Made by a program: the position numbers and the translations under genes | Shown: piece after piece, positions 13,894 through 22,254 of the stretch | How the letters are laid out: each line of letters begins with the position of its first letter | How positions within the stretch are numbered: the first letter of the stretch is position 1 | Notes under the pieces: generated by a model | What the model saw: only the letters and a program-made list of their open reading frames with translations | Told to the model about the DNA's origin: nothing | Database searches by the model: none | NCBI GenBank assembly: GCA_040386535.1 | Contig: JAZKFH010000027.1 | Coordinates: forward strand, 44,314 to 108,313 | Length of the DNA: 64,000 bases | Origin: Myxococcota bacterium | Lineage (GTDB): Bacteria > Myxococcota_A > UBA796 > SXON01 | Reading direction: 5' to 3'

Positions 13894-14652
13894 ATGTCCC
13901 TTCTGTTCACCGCGACCTTCGACGGTCACCCCATCAACGTCCTCCAGCTCCGCGGGCGCTGCGCCTTTCTCGCCCACGAGATCGGCATCGCCGCCGGGTA
14001 CTCCGGCGACGGCCAGCGCTTCGTCGACCAGATCGTCCACGAGTGGGCCCCGTCCTTCGAAGAGGACGACGACCTCGCGCAGATCGTCGGCAAGGAGCTC
14101 GCCGTGCTCATCCGCGAGGTCCCCCTCCCGCCGACCACAACGTCCGCGCTCGTGTTGTTCCCGACGGGCGCCGAGCGCGCGCTCCTCCGCTCGCACGTCC
14201 GGAGCTCCCGCGCCCTGGTCTGCTTCCTCCACGACGAGGTGCTGTCGCGTGTGATCGCGTTCAACCGCGCCAACACCCCGGCGCGCGGCCGGAGCGCCGA
14301 CGAGGGAGGCGGCGCACCCGTGGCGGCGGAGCCGCCCTCCACGCTGTCGAGCGCCCTCGCGAGGGCCATCGCCGGGGAGCCCAGGTCCACCTCGAGCCCG
14401 GGGCGCGCGCTCGCCGACGCGGTGGACCGCTTGAAGGCGCTCGGGAAGCGCATCGACAACATCGAGCGGCGCAAGGCGGCGTACCAGGAGATCATCGCCC
14501 TCGCCGGCGACCTCCGCGACGAAGGGCTGATCACCGCGGAGCAGTGGGCCGCGCTCCGAGTCGAGGCCGTCGAGGAGCTCCTCGGTCGCTCGATGCGCTC
14601 GCCCCTTCCGGCGTTCGGCTTCGACCTCGCCATGCCGCCGTCAGCCGCCTGA
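13894..14652 (+). CDS. Bro-N-like (phage antirepressor-type) protein
   Basis: FDGHPINVL...AFLAHEIGIAAGY...LVLFPTG..RALLRS...FLHDEVL pattern; AGGAG RBS. Confidence 0.7.
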   Translation: MSLLFTATFDGHPINVLQLRGRCAFLAHEIGIAAGYSGDGQRFVDQIVHEWAPSFEEDDDLAQIVGKELAVLIREVPLPPTTTSALVLFPTGAERALLRSHVRSSRALVCFLHDEVLSRVIAFNRANTPARGRSADEGGGAPVAAEPPSTLSSALARAIAGEPRSTSSPGRALADAVDRLKALGKRIDNIERRKAAYQEIIALAGDLRDEGLITAEQWAALRVEAVEELLGRSMRSPLPAFGFDLAMPPSAA

Positions 14653-15803
14653 TGCGCTGGAACGCCGATCAGGTCCGATCGTTCCTCGGCTGGCTGCTGC
14701 CTCGGCACGCGCTCATTGGGGGTCGCACCGAGCTCCGCGCGCTCGGGCGCGGCCCCCGCCGGGGCGTGTGGTCGGCGTTCGTCGGCCCCGATGACCTCGA
14801 CGCCGTCGTCGAGGCGCTCGCCCCGCTCCCGGGAAGCCCCCGCCCGGTCTTCCCCGACTGGCCCCGGTGCGGCGAGGCGAACCTCTACTTCGGGCTCAAC
14901 CCGGTGCGGCCCGATGCCGTGCCCCCGCGCGGCGAGTCGCTGTTCGCCCGAATGAGCCGCACGACGCGCGACAAGGACGTGCTGGCCTACACGATGTTCG
15001 TCATCGATGTCGACCCGGAGCGCATGCCGCGCGACCGCGCCGCGACCGACGCGGAGAAGGCCGAGGCTCGCGCCGTGGCCACGACGATCCGTGAGGAGCT
15101 CCTGGGAGCGAGCATCCCGTCGATGCTGGCGGACAGCGGCAACGGGTTCCACCTGCTCGTGCCGTTGGTGCCTGTCGGCGGGGAGGGCGTCCAGCGCGCA
15201 GCGCACGAGGCCCACCGCATCCTCCGCGCGTTCGACGGTCGCTTCTCGACCAAGGCCGCGCGCGTCGACACGTCGGTCTACAACCCGTCGCGGATCCTGA
15301 AGCTGTACGGCTCGCTCGCGATGAAGGGGGAGTCCACGCTGGAGCACCCGCACCGCGTGGCCTCCATCGACCTCTCCGCCGTTCCCGCCGACGTGGACAT
15401 CGTCGCCCGCCTCGCCGAGCGCGCCGGACACCGCGCGAGGGAGGCATCCACGTCCAGTGTCGCGCCGCGGAGCGAGAACAGGCCAACCCCGCGGCCGGCG
15501 ACGCCGTGGTCGGAGTGGCGCAGCCGCGCTCTCGACGCCCTCCCACTCGACGCGGTGTACGGCGAGCTGCTCACCGGCAAGGTGACGAACGGCTGGCTCC
15601 AGTGCCGCGACCCCGACTCGCCCAGCGGCGACCAGAACCCCTCCGCCGGTGTCGCCGACACCGCCACGGACGCGGAGCGCGGCGCCTTCCACTCGTTCCG
15701 GGATGGGCGCACCATCTCCGTGTTCGACTTCCTGATCGCGCGTGGCCTGGCCTCGGACTTCGCGTCCGCCTGTCAGCGTGTCGCACAGCTCGCGGGCGTG
15801 GCG
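14652..15803 (+). pseudogene. AEP/RepB-like primase, truncated by a MITE
   Basis: YFGLNP, FVIDVDP, DSGNGFHL, VYNPSRILKL motifs followed by a primase-Zn-finger-like region; the frame enters the MITE at 15804. Confidence 0.7.
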
Positions 15804-15971
15804 TGTCGCGTCCCAGCGATCTTCACCAGGGCCGTCCCACTTTCGTCAACCAAGTCCAACGGCTCGGGGATCCGCTTTAAGCCTGCATTCAAGCTAAGGG
15901 CCGGGCCCAAGGTGGGATCCGATCGTGAAACGGCGGGCCTCTCAACTGGGCAAAACCGCTGGGCCGGGACA
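15804..15971 (+). mobile_element. 168-bp MITE-like element, copy 1
   Basis: TG...CA ends with imperfect TIRs TGTCGCGTCCCAGCG / CGCTGGGCCGGGACA; reverse complement of 19040-19207. Confidence 0.85.
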
Positions 15972-16134
15972 CGGCGGGCGGGACCTGGAGCACGAGCACG
16001 CCGCGCATGTTCCAGAAGCCCACGCCGCCGAGCAGCTTCACGGGGATCGAGAGCCCCTCGCCGTCGGGGATGGCGAGCGGGAACACGTCGATGAAGCCGC
16101 CGGGGATCGAGCGCTGGAACTTCGGCGCGACCAT
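15972..16134 (-). pseudogene. Possible N-terminal gene fragment cut by the MITE
   Basis: MVAPKFQRSIPGGFIDVFPLAIP... runs into the MITE boundary. Confidence 0.35.
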
Positions 16135-16426
16135 GAGCGGCGAGAGCTACCGCCATCGCCGCGCTCCCCGAGCCGCCGCCGATCCCCCTGACCCGTACCT
16201 CCACCGAGCACCGCAGGATCACCGGAGGACGGTTGAACGCCGTCCTCGGGGGCGCGGTGTCGATCCTTGCGTCCGGTGCCATCGCAGCCCGTGCGTCGTC
16301 AGTCTGTGGATCGCGCGGCCCACGGAGTAGCAGGGCGCGCAAGCTGATCCGCGCCCGCGGCGGCTCGGATAGAAATGGGAAGACATCGTGCGGGGCCCCG
16401 GCGCCCATTACTCTGGCAACCAAAGG

Positions 16427-16747
16427 CTATTTGGATACACAAGTAAAATAGACGTATCCTTCGTTAGACTTCCGTTCGCAATCCACGCACCCGCCGCTTG
16501 CGAACGCCTCAATGGCGTCACAGGGCTCACACGAGATGCCCGCCAAACCGGCGCACGTCGTCTCGTCGATACATGCGTAGGCACACACACCCTCTTCCGC
16601 GCCAGTGTCATCGCAGGCGGCAGCCTCCGTAACTTGGCGTCCGGAAGGTAAATATCTGGCATCAGCGTCAGGACAACTGTTGGACCAAGGGACACAGGCA
16701 GAAACTAGGAGTGCAGGGAATAAAAATGCTAACACGACAATCCGCAT
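16427..16747 (-). CDS. Small Cys-rich lipoprotein
   Basis: LVSAC lipobox, many Cys, lower GC. Confidence 0.65.
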   Translation of the reverse strand: MRIVVLAFLFPALLVSACVPWSNSCPDADARYLPSGRQVTEAAACDDTGAEEGVCAYACIDETTCAGLAGISCEPCDAIEAFASGGCVDCERKSNEGYVYFTCVSK

Positions 16748-17895
16748 TGATTTTCCGGTGTGACTTCAACAATGGTGAAGGAAGACGTCGAATTTACGAA
16801 AGCTGGATCCAGCCCGCCTGCACCATCACCGTACAATGCTTGGCAGCAAGGCGCCTCCATCGCGCGCTTGTATCGTTGAAGAAGCGCCCAGCGAAAGGTG
16901 TTTTCCGCCCGGTAAGAACTCCGCTTGTCGCAGTCGACCCCAGCGGGATCATCTGTATTCAACAAACATAGGTGGGTAAACTCGTGAAACAAAGTGGCGG
17001 CGAGATCAACCGCAACGCACAACCGCTCCGTCGCACTCCCGCAACGAAACACCGCCGCGTACTTCTGGATCGCGGGATGAGTCGTGCAGACGGCAATCGT
17101 GCTGGTCACGTAGCTCGTCCACGCGACGCTGTTACACGGGCCCCATGGGTTCCTCTCCTCGCTGCAGTAGAGATTGTACACAGTCTCTTGGGTGCAGGCT
17201 CGCACGAGACACTCCCCGTCGGCACCAAACACAAGACACGCAACCCACCTTACGATGTCAAGGCTCTCTCGAAGGATACAGAACGCGGCATTTAAGACAT
17301 CAGACAATTCGTCGGAGCAGGAAGAAAATAAGCGATCATAAGAATTGACGACGACGACGCCTTGGCAAGGGGCACAGTCTTGAAACGTAAAGGCTTCCGG
17401 GGGAGCGCAGCCCGTTTCGAGTGCACACTGTCCAATGGCAGATGCATCGGGCATATTAAACGGTCGCGTCCGACTCATTCCGCCGGAGTATGGAGGACAA
17501 TCGTCGACAACAGGAACACCCAGCTTGATCGTCGCCGAAGTTCGTATACCCACGACGCCCGGAGACACAAACCAGTCCGCGGCATGAGCAGCAAAAAGCG
17601 CCGGGGGGAGCGGAGCAGGTCCGCTCCGTAGCGATCCGCGCGTCCATCCGTGCATGGCCGCCCCTAGCTCCTCCAGGCCGAGGCCGCTCCCCATTTGGTT
17701 CGCGTTTGCGGCGCGCTGCCCGTCCTTCGCCAAAGCCCTCTCTTCGACTCCATCCGGCGAGATGGCCGACGCCGAGACGAAGCCCCGCGGAGTTGTCAAC
17801 CATTCCGCGACCTGCTGCGGCGTGGGTTGCCACTGCTGCGACTCCCTCAGGGCGGCCCCCAGGGTGTCCCGCATGAGGCGCTCGCGAGGATCCAT
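16729..17895 (-). CDS. Cys-rich putative zinc metallopeptidase
   Basis: ATG at 17895 overlaps the upstream TGA; ATLFHEFTHLC (HEXXH). Confidence 0.65.
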   Translation of the reverse strand: MDPRERLMRDTLGAALRESQQWQPTPQQVAEWLTTPRGFVSASAISPDGVEERALAKDGQRAANANQMGSGLGLEELGAAMHGWTRGSLRSGPAPLPPALFAAHAADWFVSPGVVGIRTSATIKLGVPVVDDCPPYSGGMSRTRPFNMPDASAIGQCALETGCAPPEAFTFQDCAPCQGVVVVNSYDRLFSSCSDELSDVLNAAFCILRESLDIVRWVACLVFGADGECLVRACTQETVYNLYCSEERNPWGPCNSVAWTSYVTSTIAVCTTHPAIQKYAAVFRCGSATERLCVAVDLAATLFHEFTHLCLLNTDDPAGVDCDKRSSYRAENTFRWALLQRYKRAMEAPCCQALYGDGAGGLDPAFVNSTSSFTIVEVTPENQCGLSC

Positions 17896-18659
17896 CAGGT
17901 CCGCCGCGCGCCAACGCTCACTGCCACGTCCGCCTGGGCGAACACCGCGGAGGTGTTGCTGTAGGCAAGCCCGATCTGTACATACATGTTGCTGCCGTTG
18001 CTGAGGGTGAGCTCGCCCGTGTTGCGCTGACTGGCACCAGACACATTCGTGTCGGAGGTGTTGGTCCATGCGCCCGCAACCTCCTTAAGGGCGAAGCCGT
18101 AGCGCACGACGACGCGGCATTGAAAGTTGCTTGTGACGCTATTGACGATGATCGCCGCCTTGATCTTGTCGGCAAGGAGCGCCGGGATCATGGGGGTGAT
18201 TGCCACGTAGCTGTCCGAGGTCACCGTGGTGGTCAGTTGCCCGTTCCAAGCGCCGATGAGTGAACCACAGGCGGCGTAGGAAAGTGCGAGCGTGGCATCC
18301 GCCGCGCCGGGCGCCGTCGAGCCCGCCGTCAGGTTGTAGGCTAGGCCAAAGCGCACCCACATCTTGGCCGCGGTCGTGTTTGCGACGGAGATCGCGGCAG
18401 AACCGGTGGCGCCAGCACCGGACTGCGTGAGGCCAGAGACCGTGGCCCAGTTGTCCGGCTCGTCTGTCCGCACCGTGGCGGTCTGAATCGCAAGCTGCGC
18501 CTCCAAACCACCCGAAGCCACCTGCACCGACCGTAGGTTCAGGGCGGCCTTGATGTCGTCGTACCCCACGGCCGACTGCCAGTTCGTCATGGGGATGAAC
18601 ACGGCTGTGGTGCTCTGGGCCCTCGAGACGTTCGGAAGCCGGAGGAAGTACGTTACCAC
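17895..18659 (-). CDS. Hypothetical Ser/Thr/Ala-rich, beta-rich protein with two similar halves
   Basis: 254-aa ORF; MWVRFGLAY and MYVQIGLAY motifs recur in the two halves. Confidence 0.65.
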   Translation of the reverse strand: MVTYFLRLPNVSRAQSTTAVFIPMTNWQSAVGYDDIKAALNLRSVQVASGGLEAQLAIQTATVRTDEPDNWATVSGLTQSGAGATGSAAISVANTTAAKMWVRFGLAYNLTAGSTAPGAADATLALSYAACGSLIGAWNGQLTTTVTSDSYVAITPMIPALLADKIKAAIIVNSVTSNFQCRVVVRYGFALKEVAGAWTNTSDTNVSGASQRNTGELTLSNGSNMYVQIGLAYSNTSAVFAQADVAVSVGARRT

Positions 18660-19039
18660 AAGACATGACCATACCTTGCCGCGGGCACTAGGGAGGAGAT
18701 CGTGATCGGGGGCCCGGACCCCCGGAGTTTATGCAGAGATTCGAGTCGGCGTCAACTCCGCGCATGCGATGGTCGTGCACTGCGGAGCGGGAGGCGCAGC
18801 CTCGCTGATCGTTCTCGTGGGCGTCGGCAGGCCGCGGGGCCGGGGTTCGCACGAGGACCCCCGTTGAGGTCCTAAATCTCCCGACCTTTCGCATTCCCAC
18901 CTGAGCCGCGGGCGACGGTCACATGCTTCCGAGCTCCTGCCTGCGGAGTCCCTGGCTGCCGAGTAGGAGGCAGCCGTTCCGGTGTGGGGCGGTGGCGAGT
19001 CCATCGAGCGTCCGTCTACGCCCCCCGATGGCCAGCGAC

Positions 19040-19207
19040 TGTCCCGGCCCAGCGGTTTTGCCCAGTTGAGAGGCCCGCCGTTTCACGATCGGATCCCACC
19101 TTGGGCCCGGCCCTTAGCTTGAATGCAGGCTTAAAGCGGATCCCCGAGCCGTTGGACTTGGTTGACGAAAGTGGGACGGCCCTGGTGAAGATCGCTGGGA
19201 CGCGACA
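19040..19207 (-). mobile_element. 168-bp MITE-like element, copy 2 (inverted)
   Basis: Reverse complement of 15804-15971. Confidence 0.85.
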
Positions 19208-19409
19208 CCCATCCGCGGTCGGCACTGGGGGCCCGGTTTGGATGTACCTTGGATCGGCAACCGGCTTGGCGCCAGTGGCGGCGTGGACCGCTAGTGCCAG
19301 TCAGGCATCCGCCCGTTTTGGCTCCTCGCTGGCGGCTGCCGGGGATGTGGACGGCGATGGCTACGATGACATCGTAGTGAGCGCGCCCTTCTACAACATC
19401 TACGAGTAG
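19208..19409 (+). pseudogene. FG-GAP repeat protein fragment
   Basis: VWMYLGSATGL...FGSSLAAAGDVDGDGYDDIVVSAP, starting directly at the MITE edge. Confidence 0.7.
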
Positions 19410-19445
19410 TCGGACCTACGTATCTAAGAGTAGTCGGACCCACGT
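19398..19445 (+). repeat. 24-bp tandem duplication
   Basis: ATCTACGAGTAGTCGGACCTACGT / ATCTAAGAGTAGTCGGACCCACGT. Confidence 0.75.
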
Positions 19446-19468
19446 CGAGGGAGACCACGAAGTTGCCT

Positions 19469-19855
19469 TCACCCCCGGGGCCGTGCGATCTGGACGTGGA
19501 AACGCAGGCGATAGGGACCACACCGAGTCGGGCGAAGTGCGCGATCGACGGTGACGACGACGTTCCCGCCCTCCTCGACCGTCTCGCCGAGTCGGACCCC
19601 GTGGAAGCGCGCGAGGGCGGGCAGCCAAGCGGAGAGCGGCGGCGCCCCCGCCGCCCGGTGCTCCAGCGGCACGATCACGTAGAAGCCGCGGCGCGGTGAG
19701 ACGAGCCGCCCCCGCTTCGCCAGCCGGAGCGCTGCCTGCTTGAGCGCGTCCATGCTCACCCCGAGCGCGTCCATCGCCTCGTCCCGGGTGAAGGTGAGCC
19801 GGCCCCCCGCCTGGAGGTCGTCCACGTACTCAGCCAGCGCGCCTCTTCCAGCCAC
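19469..19855 (-). CDS. AbiEi-family (type IV TA) antitoxin N-terminal domain protein, short or truncated
   Basis: YVDDLQAGGRLTFT..EA...LRLAKRGRLVSPRRGFYVIVP.EHR..GAPP. Confidence 0.7.
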   Translation of the reverse strand: MAGRGALAEYVDDLQAGGRLTFTRDEAMDALGVSMDALKQAALRLAKRGRLVSPRRGFYVIVPLEHRAAGAPPLSAWLPALARFHGVRLGETVEEGGNVVVTVDRALRPTRCGPYRLRFHVQIARPRG

Positions 19856-20117
19856 GGCGCGAGCGTATCGCCGTGCGAGACGATCCGAGCGCGATGCGGG
19901 ATGCGGTCAAGACCGCCGCGTTCAGATCGTATCGCTCGATGTTCCGATGTCCCCGCCCCCGAAGCGGAGCGACGGGCGCGGGCGGGGAGTCGAGCCCGCC
20001 TCCTGCGGCGGGCAGGGTGCCTCCCGCCACCGCAGGTTATGTCCTGTGCTGGTTTTTCATACGGTTCCCGCTTCGGCGAAGCCCGGCTTCGAGATGGCAA
20101 GGTTGTACTGGCTCATT

Positions 20118-20244
20118 TGAACGCGGACCTCCCCGTCGGGAGCGAGGCAAAAAGTTCGAGCCTGTTCCAGTACACCCCGCCATTAGTAGAACGGCGCCAC
20201 CTTCCTCCGGGAAAGTGGCGCCGTTCTCATTTTTGGCTCGGGCG
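20118..20244 (+). repeat. att-junction repeat, copy B (127 bp)
   Basis: Differs from 21166-21291 by 3 substitutions and 1 indel; contains the CCGCCAT core, the 39-bp hairpin and a T-tract. Confidence 0.92.
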
Positions 20245-20328
20245 AACATCGGCTGGGTGAACGCCCCGTGTGGCGAGTTCAAGCTGGCGCTGGGGTCGGA
20301 CGCCGGCGCCGGGGATACAATCCCCGCG

Positions 20329-20568
20329 ATGATCACCGACACCAGGCCCGGGGCCCGCGCCGTCCTCACCGGTCTCTACCGAAAGGCCGGGCCTGAGCGT
20401 TGCTTGCGAATGGCGCTTCAGATGTCTGAGGACTACCGGGCGGTCGCCGCGTCGGGGATACGGTCCCGTCGACCCGACGCCACCGAAGCCGAGGTGCAGC
20501 GCGAGCTGGCGCGGATGTACCTGGGCCGGGAGCTCGCGGACCGCGTGTTCGGGCCCGCGCAGACGTGA
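20329..20568 (+). CDS. Small helical protein, putative antitoxin/partner of the nucleotidyltransferase
   Basis: 79 aa, MITDT...LRMALQMSE...GIRSRRPDATEAEV; GTGA overlap with the next gene. Confidence 0.7.
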   Translation: MITDTRPGARAVLTGLYRKAGPERCLRMALQMSEDYRAVAASGIRSRRPDATEAEVQRELARMYLGRELADRVFGPAQT

Positions 20569-21134
20569 CGCAGCCGGTAGGCATCGAACCCTTCCTCGGG
20601 CACCTCGCCCGCGCGCTCGAGGCCGCGGGAGTGGACTACGTGGTGGTCGGCTCGGTCGCGAGCAGCTTCCACGGCGAGCCTCGAGGAACGCAGGACATCG
20701 ACATCGTCGCGCGAATCCTGCGCTCCGACGTCTCGAAACTGGCCAGGGAGTTTCCCGAGCAGGACTTCTACTTCGACCGCGACATGGTCCTGGACAGCAT
20801 CCGCTCCCGTCAGCCGTTCAACATCATCGATCTCCGATCGATGTGGAAGGCCGACATCATCCTTCCGAGCGAGCCCTACACCAACGAGCAACTCGCACGT
20901 CGGCAGCGGGTTGAGCTCGCCGGGGTGCCCGTGTACGTGGCGACCGCGGAGGACACGGTGGTCTCCAAGATGCGGTGGTCCAAGCTCGCTGAGTCCGACC
21001 GACAGCTCAACGATGTCGCCGGAATCATCCGCGTGAGGGGCGCCGCTCTGGACCGTGCGCTGATCTCAGCGCTCGTGAGTCGGTTTGGCCTGGAGGCGGA
21101 GTGGGCGAGGGCGTTGCAGATTGCCGCGACCTGA
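20565..21134 (+). CDS. Pol-beta-superfamily nucleotidyltransferase (AbiEii/MenT-like)
   Basis: YVVVGSVASSFHGEPRGTQDIDIV; ATAEDTVVSK...RQLNDV. Confidence 0.82.
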   Translation: MTQPVGIEPFLGHLARALEAAGVDYVVVGSVASSFHGEPRGTQDIDIVARILRSDVSKLAREFPEQDFYFDRDMVLDSIRSRQPFNIIDLRSMWKADIILPSEPYTNEQLARRQRVELAGVPVYVATAEDTVVSKMRWSKLAESDRQLNDVAGIIRVRGAALDRALISALVSRFGLEAEWARALQIAAT

Positions 21135-21165
21135 CGCGGAGTTCACGAACTTCAACCGGTCGATC

Positions 21166-21291
21166 TGAACGCGAACCTCCCCTCGGGAGCGAGGCAGAAA
21201 GTTCGAGCCTGTTCCAGTACACCCCGCCATTCGTAGAACGGCGCCACCTTCCTCCGGGAAAGTGGCGCCGTTCTCATTTTTGGCTCGGGCG
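21166..21291 (+). repeat. att-junction repeat, copy C (126 bp)
   Basis: Near-identical to 20118-20244. Confidence 0.92.
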
Positions 21292-21377
21292 TGTCGAGCG
21301 ATGGCTCCGGCAAGTCGGCAGAGGGGCTTCTCGCGATGCGCAGCGCTCGGCCCCAAAGGGCATTAGCTGCCCCCACG

Positions 21378-21662
21378 ATGGCTTCGCGACCCCCCTCCCA
21401 GTCGACAGCCTTGTTCTGGGTGTTCAAGATCATCGCGGGCACGTTGTTGGTGATCAACGTGATCTGGCACGGGCTCGTCGCGATGTTCATCGCTGGGCCT
21501 GTTGGCCTCGGCGGGTATCTGTTGGCGGTGGTCACGTTTTGGATGTGGGCTTCGGCCACGATGCGGCGCCTGCAGGCGAGCGCGGCCAAGCCACCCGTCC
21601 CGATCCAGCCGGACGAGGCGGAGGCGCACGACCCCGACCCGGTGGCGAGCGGCGTGGGGTAG
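21378..21662 (+). CDS. Small two-TM membrane protein
   Basis: Two hydrophobic segments; lies between repeat C and degenerate hairpin D. Confidence 0.6.
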   Translation: MASRPPSQSTALFWVFKIIAGTLLVINVIWHGLVAMFIAGPVGLGGYLLAVVTFWMWASATMRRLQASAAKPPVPIQPDEAEAHDPDPVASGVG

Positions 21663-21665
21663 TGC

Positions 21666-21708
21666 GACAAGGGCCCCGCTTCTTCCGCGGAAGTGGCGCC
21701 GCTCTCAT
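21666..21708 (+). repeat. Degenerate copy D of the att hairpin
   Basis: gggccccgcttcttccgcggaaGTGGCGCCGctctCAT compared with ggcgccaccttcctccgggaaaGTGGCGCCGttctCAT. Confidence 0.6.
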
Positions 21709-21959
21709 CCTTCCCTGAGGCCGCGTGCCGGTCACTGCGGCCTCCGGTGGTGGAGCCCCAGCGCTCGTCACGCACCGACAGTCGGGCTCACGCGCCGCGC
21801 GGCCACCTGCTACCCGCGATGGCTCGATCTGAGCGCCTGCTGCGGATCGTAGACGGTCGTTGTCGGCTGTCACCGAATGGTGCCAGCGCTGGCGGCTGCC
21901 GCCTCTCGCGGGTGATTTGGGGAAACCCGGGCTCAACAACACGCTCGGTTGGAGGCACG

Positions 21960-22157
21960 ATGCGGACCATGATCATTCTGCTCCTCGCCCTTGCGGGATG
22001 CACCGTCAGCGCGAACGGCGACTGCATTCAGGCTTGCGACGACGACGAGGCCGACTGCGCCGAGGAGTGCGCCGAAGGCGACGCGGAGGACTGCGCCGAG
22101 GAGTGCGCGGACGGGAACAACGACTGCGTCACCGCGTGCGAGACCGACGACGACTGA
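21960..22157 (+). CDS. Small acidic Cys-rich lipoprotein
   Basis: GGAGG RBS, LAGC lipobox, repeated DCAEECA. Confidence 0.7.
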   Translation: MRTMIILLLALAGCTVSANGDCIQACDDDEADCAEECAEGDAEDCAEECADGNNDCVTACETDDD

Positions 22158-22254
22158 CCGCTGAGCTGTGGGGCGGGCCGACCGGGCCCGCCCCACGCCG
22201 CCGACCGGAGCGGCACGGACGACCGGTTCGACGCACGCTTGACGGAGGTGATTT

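Larger units (their letters stand above)
20183..21229. mobile_element. 1047-bp non-autonomous mini-cassette bounded by att-like junctions
   Basis: Left arm resembles the large element's left arm and right arm resembles its right arm; carries only a 2-gene module. Confidence 0.65.

Noticed and set aside
13689..16094. Single 801-aa ORF from the ORF track
   Set aside because: The N-terminal part overlaps two better ORFs; the real start is ATG 14652 and the C-terminus is read-through into the MITE
15796..19215. Target-site duplication for a composite MITE transposon
   Set aside because: Flanks (gcgtggcg / cggcgggc / ccagcgac / cccatccg) do not match in any pairing
20150..20182. Pseudo-tRNA or tRNA fragment in repeats B and C (GTTCGAGCC..TGTTCC...CCGCCA)
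   Set aside because: It resembles the tRNA-Val T-arm only over a short stretch and forms no cloverleaf; better explained as an att arm encoding the integrase tail
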